A DNA stretch of 39,862 bases from Utricularia gibba (GCA_002189035.1 NEEC01000116.1:1-39862), one strand, 5' to 3'. Positions 13,620 through 26,313 are shown, counted from the stretch's first letter. The notes: generated by a model not told the origin, from the sequence alone. Translations and numbers: made by a program.

Positions 13620-15890
13620 GATGACAATATCATATGCTAAGAACCTATGACTTTTTGCACCCCACTAGCATTGATTTACCTCATCATCACCTCCTCCCCA
13701 GCGGTGCATTGAGTCTCCCTATCTTTAAGTTTGGACCTTTGTATGAAAAGGAGTTAGCCAATGGTAGATTTCTATCAATTATGCCTCATAGATAAAGCAA
13801 TCGAAACACCCATAGGTCCAACCGACATAAATCTCGTGAGCACTTGTGTTACCGTTGGTAGAGGGGTCCAATCATGGTACCCATTTCAATGCCACCCTCA
13901 TGGGCTCTAGACTTCCACTATCCCGATTCGACTGTTGAGTAGACTTCCACTATCCTGATTTGGAGAGGCATGCATGTGTAGGAAGTGTGCATCGGGGTGC
14001 TGACATGCCAAGGAGTCCGGGAAGGGCACGTATGGTATGGGTTAGGTTGAGTGTCTCGAGTGACTATGTTGCGTGTCGTTTCCTCAACAAATTTTAAATA
14101 TTTTAAAACGTAAAACACTAGAAAGCGTAGTACGAGTATCGATCTCAGGGAGTTGTTTTTCGTGAAAAGTGTTTGCAAGCAACTTCTACAAAATGTCACG
14201 ATTTTGTAAAAGGGGGTTTTTAAGATTCAAAAATGAAAGATACAATCTAAGTAATGGGCCTTGACTACGGGACGCAGTTCCTGGGAATAAGACTCTATCT
14301 CCTTCCTTTGTCCGTCCTTGCCTCAGTTTTCACTGATTTCTTCCGAATAGCTGGTTATAGGAGCAAGGAATAGCCTACTCTCCCTTATACTCTGATTGAC
14401 AAGGAGGCACGGGAATAGCCTCATGTGATTCCCCCTTGGACGATTAGGAAGACAAGAGGATTGCCTTCGATTGCCTTCAAAACCGAATTGTGTGCGTGTG
14501 CCCAGCTGTTGCCAATGGCCAGTGGCAGGTTCGAGGTCACAACCTGTCCACTGTCGCGGTACCTAGGCCACAAACAATCTGCTACTTCTCTCGAACCAGC
14601 AGGGTTGGAGTTGGTGCTCTTCACCTTGATCTTCACCAAAATCCGTGAGAAGTGGCCTGCTACTCATGGACCTTGACTAAGAGTCGTTACAGAAAGACTG
14701 TAACAAGACGCGTGGAAGTAAGCGGAATCCGAATGGAATTCAGTGAAGAACCGAGTGTATTGCTCAGGACTTGGAAGGAAACTTCATCTACTTCCCAGAA
14801 ACTAAAGGTTTTAGCCCGAAAGGGCCATGGAAAACAGAAACGAAAGGAAACTAAGTGTTCTTCCTCCTTGAGGGGAGGAAGAACTCAAAAGTTTTAAGTA
14901 CAAGGGAAAATGTTCAAAAGTCCTCAACTAAGTGTTCCAAGTGGCTTTTATATGACTTCCCACGTGCATTAACTCCTTTGGGTCCCCTTCCCATCATTCC
15001 TTCTATCTTGCGTGCGCCAACAGACTTTCTTTGCGTGCAAGTTTGCGCCCAATAATTGTTGCAGACTCTGACATACCGTAAGTCATGGACCTTGACCAGT
15101 GTCAGTCTTCCGCCCACAATCATTCCAACTTGCGTACAAGGCACGAAAACTCATAGTTTGATCACCTGCAACACTCCTGACAGTCTCCTGATATGCCTCG
15201 GTCAAAGTGTGAGAAAAAAATGCATAAAATATACACAAAATGGGAAAATAGGAATTTTCTAGTAAAAATCAAATACTTAATAATAAGACTCATAATTGGG
15301 CGACTTATCACTTAATTAATACATAATAATACCTAAATAATAACTAGAAAATGACACTTAACAGACTAGCATGCATAAGTGGCTAGTATGCCACACACAA
15401 GGGTAGTTTCTAGGGTATAAAACACGAGCAAGCACTCGAGCAGAGGGAGGAACGAGGGATGAATGCCTAGGCGACCGTGAATGATTTCCATGCAATGTCT
15501 AGGCAGAACGAGTTCAATAGAACCAAGGCAAGATGAGAGCAAGCCTAGGGTGTATTCCCTCACCTCTGCATGGGCGGAGCAAGCACATAGTGTTCCATAA
15601 GTGGAAGCCAATATAGCGGCAGTATGTGATCAGGGCAAGGGCAAGCCAAGGGTGTGGCACTGATCTCCCAAGGAATGTAGAAAGATCGTCCTGGGAGAGC
15701 CATTAGAATGGATGATGGGGCTCGGCGTGCACACGAGCAACAACCTAGGGTTGTATGCCTATATGGGGAAGCAACATAGTGAGCCCCTACAATGGGGTAG
15801 TGTCTCCATGCATGATGAGTGACTACAACACCATGCATGGGTGTGTGGTAGCATGCGGGCCATGATGTCGGGCGAATGGACCCCCCATCA
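13620..15890. mobile_element. Degenerate retrotransposon/LTR-like remnant hosting the 14067-15363 solo LTR
   Basis: GC-richer CATG/CTAG-rich sequence similar in character to the Tekay LTRs, contiguous across the GACTA TSD. No recognisable coding domain. Confidence 0.35.
14067..15363 (-). mobile_element. Solo LTR (1297 bp), Athila-like Gypsy
   Basis: TGTTG...TAACA termini with perfect TSD GACTA (14062-14066, 15364-15368). Contains GTAGTACGAGTATCGATCTCAGGGAG. Confidence 0.82.
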
Positions 15891-16955
15891 TTAGATGTCT
15901 AACATTCCCTCTTGTTTTTTTTCCCGTTCATATGGTGGTGTGGAGATAGTCTTAAGAGCTAGGCATGAGGATCGAAACCGAGATTTATGAAAACGAACCG
16001 TAACCGAAACCGCAGTAACTAGTCGTAGGTGCTTTCTAAGCACTCATATGAATCCTTATGGGTGTGTGGAAGTGAAATTTTTAATAAATATTAAATATTT
16101 AAAGAATTGATTTTTATTTTAAATAAAATTAATATATATATATGAAAAATTATTTTTTTCAACTATATTTCTAATAAATTATTTTTAGTTTAAATCTTTA
16201 ATATTTTTGAGAAAATATTTTTTTATTATTAAAAAGTGAATACATTTAAAGAATTTAGTCTTACAGTTTTACATAAAAATGAAACATAACAATGTTATAT
16301 TAACATTATCTGTAAAATAAGTAATTTGGTGAGATTTTAATATAATAATAAGAAATAAATAAATTTGATATAAGTTCAATATATAATAAATAATTTGGTA
16401 TATGTTCAATGTATAATATAATAAAAAATACGTTAATTTCACTAAAAATTAATAAATATTGTTATCGTCCATTTTGTAATTCGTATGATTGTTTTTTATG
16501 TTCAATTTTATAATTAATAGAAAAAACATGATTCCGTTGTTAAAAATTTGAAGCGATGCCTACGCATTAGAGGATTTCGTAGGATGTATAAAAAATGATA
16601 CGAAATAATTTTCTAGTAACGGTACCTACTAAATAAGTACTTTGGTAGGAGCTAGCCATAATAATACGAAATAATTCAATTTTACTGGAAAAAAAAAATA
16701 TTGTTGTTATCTCTTTTGTAATTTGTATGTTTGCTTTTATGTTTAATTTTATAATTTTCGTAAAAAATGTCAATTAGTTATTAGAAAATTAAGCGATATT
16801 TGCGAAAATAATTAGATTGTCACGATTGAAATATAATACTACAAAATAAGTCAAATCTTTTGAAAAAAAAAACACAACATTGTTAATGACTCTTTTCATT
16901 TTCTTCCCTTTCCTTTGGGTCTGCCTCTACCTTTTCCTTTATCTTTGCTTGTGCC

Positions 16956-17278
16956 TGTTGTTGCAAGAAAAATAGAGTCTTGGGAAGTAACAAAAAGGTA
17001 ATGCTTATGAGATCACTTTGGATGAAAAACGACTCATGAACAATAAGAATGACCAAAAACCTAATTGACACACATTACTAGTAGGGTTTATATATACCCA
17101 ATACCTAGGTTACCCAATAGTGGGCCACAATCATTGAAAACACACAAAAAGCCCAACAACTCGAATCCAACACTTCCATGCTAGAACTCAACACCTTTTT
17201 ATCTGAAATATAACATTATGACACAAGATTAGTGCTTTCAATCACCTTCAAGCTTTGGATTGAGGCTGATCTCCAACA
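16956..17278 (-). repeat. Copia 3' LTR (323 bp)
   Basis: Differs from 22011-22334 by 4 transitions and one A in an A-run. Confidence 0.97.
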
Positions 17279-20200
17279 CTCCCCCCCAGACCGAGATCTC
17301 CCAACTTGAGAAAGTCTTCCATAGTCATGAGATTCATGTTCTTCCTTGCTAGCTCAAACTGAACTCTGTTCAAACCTTTGGTGAGCCCATCAGCAAACTG
17401 ATTCCCACTCTCAACATACTGCACTTTAATCTTCTTCTCCTTGATGTAATTCCTTATGACATGATACCTGATTCTTATGTGTTTGGCTTTGCTGAAGTTC
17501 GCCGGATCCTTGATAATGGAGATTGCAGCTTGATTATCCATAAGCAGATGTGTAGCTTCTTTTGTATGAATCCAAGTTCGTTTAGCATCTGCCTCAACCA
17601 AACACAATAGTTCGAAGCATGTGCTGCTGAGATGTATTCTGCTTCAGCTGTTGATTGTGCTACCATTTTTTGTTTCTTCGAAAACCAGACTATAGGGGTC
17701 TTATTTAAGAAGAAGAGTGCACCAGATGTACTCTTGCTATCTTCAGCCATACCATAATCACTATTTGAGTAGGCTCTAAGTTTCAAGATGGTTTTTCACC
17801 TTCATAGGGATAGAACAATCCGAAATCAGTAGTAGATTTTATGTACCTGAAAGCTCTTTTCACAGCTGCCATGTGAGTTGTTGTTGGTTTGTTGAGGAAG
17901 CGAGATAAGACATTTACACAAAAACACAAGTCAGGCCTTGTATGCTGGAGATAAATGAGGCTTCCAATCATACTTCTATAAGTAGTGGCATCCACATTCT
18001 TTCCCTGATTATTCTCTCCAATCACCTGTTTGTAATCCAAAGGCGTTTTTGAAGGATTGACATCTTTGAACCCAAACCTTTCAAGAAGTTAAGAAGTTCA
18101 TTACAGTACTTTTTCTGTGATATGAATGTTCCAACACCTTCAAGTTGATGAATTTCCATGCCTAGATAGTAGGACATCATTCCAAGGTCAGTCATCTTGA
18201 ATTCATTTTTGAGTAGAGCTTTGAATTCCTCAATCTTCCTTTCATTACCTGAGGTAATCATAAGATCATCCACATATAAGCTAATAAATAAACGATCATC
18301 TTCTTTTCCTTTAACATATAGTGAGTAATCACTATATGTTTTTCTGAAACCAATACCCTGGAGAAAGTTATCCATGCGTTCATTCCATGCTCTAGGAGCT
18401 TGCTTCAACCCATAGAGAGATTTCTTTAGCTTCAATACCTTGTCTTCATGACCTGACACTTCGAAGCCCTTTGGTTGTTCAACAAAAACAACCTCCTCCA
18501 ACACACCATTCAAGAACGCAATCTTGACATCCATGTGATGCACTTTCCATCCATGAGCAGCTGAAATGGCAAGAAGTACTTTAATCGTGTCAAATCTTGC
18601 TACTGGTGCAAAAATCTCATGAAAATTTATTCCTTTGATCTGACTGTATCCCTTGGCTACTAATCTAGCCTTATATTTGTTGATAGAGCCATCTGCATTC
18701 ATCTTGGTTTTGAATAACCACTTAAGGCCAATAGGTTTGAAACCCCTATCCTTGGGTTTATCAACTAACTCCCATGTTTCATTTTCAAGTATAAAATTCA
18801 TTTCTTCCTTCATGGCCTCTCTCCATTTCGGATTTTGTACAGCCACTTCAAATGATGTTGGATCTCCTGTCAATAATCCAGCCAAAATATCAACTACAGC
18901 ATCTTGGACATCATCATTCAACTTGGAGAAACTTATTGTTGGAGCCTTGTTTCTATTGCTTCTTCTAATGTCAGTAACATGACTATCTTCATTATCTATT
19001 GAATCTCTGATGTTTTTGCGTTTCCTCCTTTGCCAATCATGATCAGATGGGTAATAATCTTCATCATCAGTATCAGGTTCCTCTCCATCAGATTCATCTG
19101 TTGATGAGTCTTCTGCATTCGTGCCTTGCTCCTCTTCTGGGATTTCGAAATTCCCATCTGAATGTTGATCATTGGCCTGATGAGATTGTCCATATAAGGG
19201 TTCAGAGTTTGATTCTGAATTCTCATTGGACAGCCATCTTGATTTGTGACCATCTCCTCCTCTTGAGCTGGAAAATTCTCATCTGAATGCTGATCATTTA
19301 CTTGATTTGAACTTTCATGAACGAGTTCTGAAGTTTCTTGGTTTGTTGAATTCTTGGAAGAGAAGTTTTGAGGCATGTGTGTCCAGAGGTCTCCTTTAAC
19401 ATGGGTGCTATGCCTTCCAAGACTTTTATGAGCTTCTCATCATTCAGAGCAATGCAATCATCAATTAAAGTATACCTTGCACCTTCATCAAAAGTGATAT
19501 CATGGCTGAAGATAAATTTCTTCTGTTGAGGTAGATAAACATTATATCCCTTGGTAGTGTTGCTATAACCAACAAATACACCAGATACAGATTTCTTTTC
19601 AAGTTTTCCTCGTTTTTGGTCTAGTATATGAGTAAAACACAGACTACCAAAGATTTTGAGATGATCAACCTTTTTAATATACCATGCCATTTTTCATGGG
19701 CGGTTTTTCCACTAATCGCCCTTGAGGCAAGCAAGTTCAATAGATATACAGATGTAGATACCGCTTCAGCCCAGAAATTTACAGGAAGATCTTTCTCAAA
19801 CAATAGGCATCTTGACATATCAAGGATTGTTCTGTTTCTCCTTTCACATATACCATTCTGTTGTGGAGAATATGGTACGGTGAATTGATACATGATTCCC
19901 TCATTTTCATAGAACATTCTCATGCTATTATTGTAGAATTCGCCTCCATTGTCTGATCTAATCATCTTCAAAGAGCATCCACTCTGATTCTCAATCATCA
20001 CTTTGAATTTTCGAAAGATATGAGGAACTTCTGACTTGCTTTTAAGAAAGTAAACCCAACAATAACGTGAATAATCATCAATGAATGTAACAAAATATTT
20101 ACTCCCCCTAATGAACATTCCTTAAATGTTCCACAAACATCTGTATGCACAAGCTCTAATTTCTCCTTTGCTACTGAATCACTGGAATAAAAGGGCTTTC

Positions 20201-21892
20201 TACACTGTTTACCTTGATGGCACACTTCACATATGGCATTAGCAAACTTGATGTCTTTCAATTCCTGTACTTCCTTATTCTTCTGCAATATTTTCAGATT
20301 GTTGAAGCTATAGTGCCCAAAACGTTTGTGCCAAAGGCTTCTTTGATCCTGAAGTGAGAAAATACAACTTTTATGATCACTGACCATGATTTGGTAGAGG
20401 TTGTAGGTGGTCAACACAGCATGGAATCAATCTTCGTTTTTGGATCAGCAACCTTAACTTTAGTGGTTATACCACCAGCGTCCTTCATCAGCTCAATGTC
20501 AAAACCTTCCCTGCTCAATTGGCCAAAGCTCAACAGGTTCTTTTTGAGGTTTGGTGAATAATAAGCATTATCAACTTGAACAATTCCTTCTTTTAGCAAG
20601 AGTAAAATGCTTCCTTTTCCCACAATGCCAATATTTTCACCAGTGCACGTGCTTACCTCCTTCCCAATCTTTTCAAGCTTGAGAAATGACCTTGTATCAC
20701 AACATACATGATAGGAGGCGCCAGAGTCCAAGTACCAGCCTTTAGCATCTGAGGCTACTATCATTAGAGCACACTCATACTCAAAAGGATCTTCAAAAGA
20801 TATTTCTGGCTCATCTTCAAAGTAGGTAAAGGATGCATGTGATTTCTCTTCCCTGGAAGTAGCCTTCTTGTTATGCTCAACTTTTATTGGATTTGACATT
20901 CCACATACCTTGTCAAGATGGCCTCTTAGATTGCATTTCGTGCACAAAAGATCAGGCTTCCACCAACAAAACTCACTCCTGTGATTCTGTTTGTTACAAT
21001 GCTTGCAAGCATTTGTGCTTAAAGTCCAACAATCTTCACTCTTATGGTTGGATTTGTCACAATGCCTGCACTTCTGATTGCCCATCGTTGATGTTGGGAT
21101 TGACGTTGGTAATTGTTTGATGGCTGTTCTTGACATCCTTCACATTGTTAATTGCACCTGAGTTCATATTCATATTCTGCATTTTGGTGAGGAGAGCAGT
21201 TTCACCATAAGTTTTCTCAACTTCATAACCATCTCTTAGCTCCAATCTCTTTTTGTAGATTGCAACTCAATCATGAACTCTCTAAATGTTGGCTCTGGTG
21301 TAATAGGATATTCAGGATACAGCTGATGGAGCTTTCCTTCAATAATGTCAAGGATTTTTCTTTCTGTCTCAAGTGCACATAACTTTGGCTCGAATCTTGC
21401 AGGTAGGCTCATGATTGCCTTGCTAATCACCTTTTGATCCTCAAGTTTTTCCCCCAATCCTCGAATCTCCTTCACAAGCTTCGCAGTATGTTCATAATAG
21501 ACTTTTATGGTTTCATTGTCTGACATTTTGTTCCTCTCAAAGTCCTCCAGCTTGTTTTTGCATAGTATCTCTCTGAGTTTGGCATCGCCTTCATAATGGG
21601 ATTTGAGAGTATCCCATATTTCTTTTGCTGATAGACACTCTGCAATATCATCAAATAGATGTTCAAAGATGGCTTGATACAAGGCATCCATTGCTTCATC
21701 TTTTCTCTGTTGAAGATATTCAGCTTCCTCTTGCTGTTCTGATGTGGATTTGCTTGTTATTGTAATCACCGGAATCTCCCTTTCGACAACATCCCAAATC
21801 TTTCTGACCCGCAGGTAGCTGCGCATCTTTTTGACCCAGCTTCCATACTCTGAACCATCAAATATTGAAGGTCCTCTACCAGATGCCATCAT
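17248..21892 (-). pseudogene. Copia gag-pol polyprotein, frameshifted
   Basis: Zinc knuckles, protease WYLDSGAS, GAG-pre-integrase LWHKRFGH, integrase ([36 protein letters not shown]), RT (YKARLVAKGYSQ, MDVKIAFLNG, LYVDDL), RNase H (STAEAEY, AKHIRIRYH). The first RNase H motif reads YSNSD rather than YSDSD. Confidence 0.93.
17279..17290 (-). promoter_or_regulatory. Copia polypurine tract
   Basis: Minus strand reads ...CTGGGGGGGAG immediately before the 3' LTR TG. Confidence 0.85.
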
Positions 21893-21998
21893 AGCCACCG
21901 CTTGACAAGCTTTGGGTTGATACTTGGTAATCCACCAAGTAAAAAACGCTGAACGGTAAATAAAATACTGAAACGAACACAGGTTTGAGAACCTTACT

Positions 21999-22010
21999 GC
22001 TCTGATACCA
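21999..22010 (-). promoter_or_regulatory. Copia primer-binding site (tRNA-iMet)
   Basis: TGGTATCAGAGC on the minus strand directly after the 5' LTR. Confidence 0.95.
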
Positions 22011-22334
22011 TGTTGTTGCAAGAAAAATAGAATCTTGGGAAGTAACAAAAAGGTAATGCTTATGAGATCACTTTGGATGAAAAACGACTCATGAACAATA
22101 AGAATGACCAAAAACCTAATTGACACGCATTACTAGTAGGGTTTATATATACCCAATACCTAGGTTACCCAACAGTGGGCCACAATCATTGAAAACACAC
22201 AAAAAAGCCCAACAACTCGAATCCAACACTTCCATGCTAGAACTCAACACCTTTTTATCTGAAATATAATATTATGACACAAGATTAGTGCTTTCAATCA
22301 CCTTCAAGCTTTGGATTGAGGCTGATCTCCAACA
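22011..22334 (-). repeat. Copia 5' LTR (324 bp)
   Basis: TG...CA termini, adjacent to the PBS, near-identical to 16956-17278. Confidence 0.97.
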
Positions 22335-22708
22335 GTGCCCGCACTTGTAGAAGGTATGTCTCTTTGTTGTAGAAGCTTGGTTGTCGGTAATAGCTTCCGT
22401 TGTTTTTAGACAAGGTGTGTGCCGCTTGTTTGAATCGATGCGAACCCATCGTGTAATTAATACTCCAATTTTGAGGCACCCAGAATCACTAATGTGGGCG
22501 ACTGGCACAAGAAATGCAAAATTAGGCACCTGTACCCGAAATTTGGGGATTGCGCTATCTTTGAAAGTATTCTTAATTTTCATAAATATAAAAATTTGTT
22601 GGTGCATTAATTGGAATATAAAAATCTGAAAATAAAATGATTTTATATATCCTAATTATTACAAATTAATTTCAATAAATAAAGAATATTCGTCTATTGC
22701 TTAGACCA

Positions 22709-23120
22709 TTTTCCAGACACCCACATTGCCTCGTGTGGATGTCTGGAAAGAGAGTCGAATATCCTTTCAAGGCACCTACAAGGCCTTGTGTGGGTGTCTA
22801 GAAAGAGTGGGTAAGGCCATTTCTAGGTACCTACAACTGTTATATGGGTGCCTGGAAAGGAGTATTTGAGACAGTTTTCCAAACACCCTCTTCCCTCATG
22901 TTGGTGCCTCGGGAGGGTGTACAGGAAAGAGAGTTGGACGGCACCTACAAAATAATGTATTGTGTGGGTGTCTGGGAAGAGTGATTTCCAGGCACCCATG
23001 TCTGTTATATGGGTGCCTTGGAAGGATTATTTGAGACAGTTTTTCAGACACCCTCTTCCCTCATGTAGGTGCCTCGGGAGGATGTTTGCGAGTTTGCGAC
23101 CGAATTCTAGCACCCACTTT
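22709..23120. repeat. Array of ~7 imperfect palindromic units (TTCCAGGCACCCACA-N~10-TGTGGGTGCCTGGAA), ~55-60 bp spacing
   Basis: Units start near 22709, 22764, 22820, 22875, 22940, 22985 and 23040. Higher-order ~165 bp duplication (22836-22920 vs 23001-23085). Confidence 0.85.
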
Positions 23121-23191
23121 TAATTAAAAACATGAATACAACATTTTCTTACAAAGTAATATTATTTCATGGAGCACTAAATGTTTCCAAA

Positions 23192-25269
23192 TTAGGAGTC
23201 TTCAACTTCATCTTCACTTGAACTTGAGGATAAGGTTTGATTTCTTTTCACAGCCTCCAGCCAATCCTTTAGACAAATGCATGCCTCTACGTTCAATTTG
23301 GAGCGCTTGTGATTAAGAACTCGTCCCCCTGTACTAAACGCACTTTCGGATGCCACTATAGATGCTGAAGGTGTTAGAAGATCTTTGACCATTCTAACTA
23401 AGATAGGGTAAGTAGTAGAATTTGTCTTCCACCAACCCAATATATCAAAGTTGTCATCATCAACACTCTCAACAATAGGAGTATTATTGTAAAGTGTTTG
23501 AAGATGATGAAGAGGAGGACACAAATGAACTATGCTTCCTACGAATAATGTCCATTGGATTGCGACTAACAAATGTCGAATTGTTACATGCTTTAGGAAT
23601 AGGAACACTAGGATCCCTATATTTAGACGCATAAAGGGAATACATGGCACGTAGAACATTATTGGCAACAACATCTATTTCTTCACAATTTTTAATGGAA
23701 AAAGCAACATCATCCACACTAAATGATTCTGAAATACATTCAAGTAATGTTTTCAGACTTAACCCGGGGATCCAAAATAGGTGCAACAAGAAACAAATGT
23801 GGGACTTCATCAAAATATTTCAAAAAATTATTTTTCATCTTTCGCACTACATCTCCCAAAAAATCACAATCACTTTGATGGTCATAAAAAGCAAACAAAA
23901 TTTTACAAATACATGAAAGCACAAGTTGAGAAGTTGGGTAGTAAATACCACTCAAAATCTTAGTACAAGAATAAAGTATTTCTAATAAATTTACTAAACC
24001 TCTTATTTTTTCAAAAATAGAATGAGTCAAGAAATTGTAGCCCGTGACTGATTCACAAAATTCAATAAGAACATGTTGATAAGGAATCAAAAGTTGTAAC
24101 ATATCATATGTAGAATTCCATCAAGTTGGACAATCACTTTTAAATTTACGATAAGAGATGTTCATTTCTTGACAAATCCTTTTAAAATCATCTCTTCCAT
24201 TAGGGATAGTTCTAATCATACTAATTAAATTACGAATAGGAGTTAAAAAATTTTCACATTCTTTCAAACCATTTTGAACACACAAATTTAATATATGACA
24301 AGTGCACCTAGTGTGGAAAAAAATGCTATTTAACATATGATTCATGCTATTTTTCAAAATGTCTATAGCATTTGTATTTGCAGAGTCATTATCCAAAGAA
24401 ATAGAAAAAATCCTATCAGATATTCCATAAAATGCTATGACCTTTTCAATGATTTTAGCAATAGAAAAACCATTATGTGGTGATGGCCATTCTTGAAAAA
24501 CTAAAATTCGTTTTTGCATACACCAAGAATTATCTACCCATGAACATGTAATAACAATATAACTCTCATTGTTACAACCTTTCCAACCATCACAAGTCAA
24601 ACAAAAATTACAATGTAGAGATTTAAAAGTAGAAATTAAAGAGTCACGTATATTTTTAAAATCCTCAAGTGCCATATGATGTGCGGTTTTCCTAGAAAAA
24701 TTTTTGTATCCCAGTTGAACTTGTTTCAACATATCATTAAAAGAAGGTTTTTCAACTAATGAAAAAGGAAGTTCATTAAGTATCGAATAACGCACCACAT
24801 TTACTTGAAAAAGTTTATAATTAAAAACAAAATTAGATAATCCCACACTATTGTCACCCCCTAAACATAATCTCGTTTGACAAAACTGAGGTAATTTATC
24901 ATTATGCTTCTCCCTAACATGCCTCTTATATGTACCGGTTCCCCAACCCTTTTTGAAAGTGTACTCTTTACCACAATGTTTGCAAGAAATTTTTTCGGGA
25001 TTACAAAAAACAAAATGTTCTCGAATATCCAGAGAATCATTACTAGTGTTTTTCGATCTTTAACGACAAAGGAGACTCGATGAGGTAGAAGAACCCACTT
25101 CTTGAGGACTAGAAAAATCATCTTGTTCGGGTAAAGGACCACATGCAAGCTCTTGTAAAAATTGAAGGTCTTCCCCAAAAGAAAATTCTCTATCATTTTA
25201 AAAAACGCAAGGTATAGTAGAATCAGCTTGAGAAGCTTGAGAAGAATTTTGCAAACCAGACCCCTCCAT
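23192..25269 (-). pseudogene. hAT (Ac-like) transposase pseudogene with BED zinc finger
   Basis: BED finger CKHC...GTGTYKRHVREKH (~24985-24900). Also LTCDGWK, SLDNDSAN, RCTCHILNL, DCPT*WNSTY (R to stop), ILDPR, and dimerization domain DILGWW...SASIVASESAFSTGGR. Contains stops and frameshifts. Confidence 0.92.
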
Positions 25270-26020
25270 TCTGTAAAAAATAAAAAAACCTATTACCCTA
25301 TAGGCTTCACCAATGTCGTCCAAGTGGAATTCTGAAACTTGACACTTGAGAGTACCTCCAATCACGTAGAAGTTGAAATAGAATTATTTCTAGTAATGAG
25401 TGATGAGACAATAAGAGAAAGTAGTGGAAAACTATAAGATAACCATATCATATATATAGACAAATTTTATTAATAAATTAATAGCAACGATTACTTTCAA
25501 AACCATGTGCAACTCCACAGTCTGCACAGTCACAAATGCATGTACTAGCCGTTGAAATAAAAATATACATAACAAATATATTTTAAATAAAAATTTCAGA
25601 TATGATGCTGCCACACGAGTCTTCACATGAACATTTTAAATATATACTTATTTTAAATATACATTGCGTTACCAATATGGATACATTAGTTTGGCAATGC
25701 ATAACTAGTTATTGAGAAAAAATATATAGATAGTGAAATGTTAAAATATTTTGTGAATTATTGTTATTCTGTTTTAGCATATAAATCTATTAAGTTATAG
25801 TTCAATAAACAAGTGAACTTAATATATGTCTACATAAAAAATTAATAATTTATTTTTATGTGAATAATATAAAACATATATTTCATTCTCGAATAATCAC
25901 ATAAATTGGAATTTTTTAAATATTAATTTTTGTTTTACTAATCTGTTTTACAACAAAAAACAACGTTCAACATAAACTTTGATTTATGTATTTAAATTTA
26001 TGTATTGAATTATTTTATAT

Positions 26021-26313
26021 TAACGCTACCTACGAAAGTAGTAATTTGGTAGGAGTCGAATACACAAATATGTTGGACTCCTACCACATGACTTATTTCG
26101 TAGGTGCCATTAATGTGGGACATACACAGGCGTGGTTTATGCATAACCTATGTCCGTGTGTTGGATTTCTACCAAATTACTTATTTCATACGTAGCGTTA
26201 ATACAAGATACACATGGGCATCGTTTATGTATAATCCGCGTTCGTGTATTGGACTCTTATCAAATTACTTATTTCATAGGTAGCGTTAATGTGGGTACAC
26301 ATGGGCGTGGTTC
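26021..26313. repeat. 88-bp tandem repeat (~2.7 copies from 26073, 26161, 26249) preceded by an inverted partial copy (26021-26060)
   Basis: Shared core TTGGACTCCTACCAAATTACTTATTTCGTAGGTAGCGTTA. The inverted copy forms a hairpin with a 12-nt spacer. Confidence 0.9.

Larger units (their letters stand above)
16956..22334 (-). mobile_element. Full-length Ty1/Copia retrotransposon, Ivana/Oryco-like, 5379 bp
   Basis: LTRs 16956-17278 and 22011-22334, TSD GTGCC (16951-16955, 22335-22339), PBS and PPT present. Domain order Gag-PR-INT-RT-RH. Gag FDGSEYGSWVKKM and CWWKPDLLC resemble Ivana. Confidence 0.95.

Noticed and set aside
13908-13960. 21-bp direct repeat TAGACTTCCACTATCC(C/T)GATT, twice, 11 bp apart
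   Set aside because: Only two copies inside retroelement debris; a local duplication, not CRISPR-like.
15290-15310. Second LTR-like terminus (...GGGCGACTTATCA) inside the 14067-15363 solo LTR
   Set aside because: No partner terminus with a matching CTTAA flank was found; only the outer ends give a perfect TSD.
16883-22126. Repeated ORF start MSIRFLVILIVHESFFIQ... in two ORF-track entries
   Set aside because: It is simply the two Copia LTRs translated; the real Gag starts at ~21892.
26021-26313. 88-bp and ~55-bp arrays as CRISPR-like loci
   Set aside because: Plant nuclear context, no unique spacers, no cas genes; they are degenerate transposon repeats.
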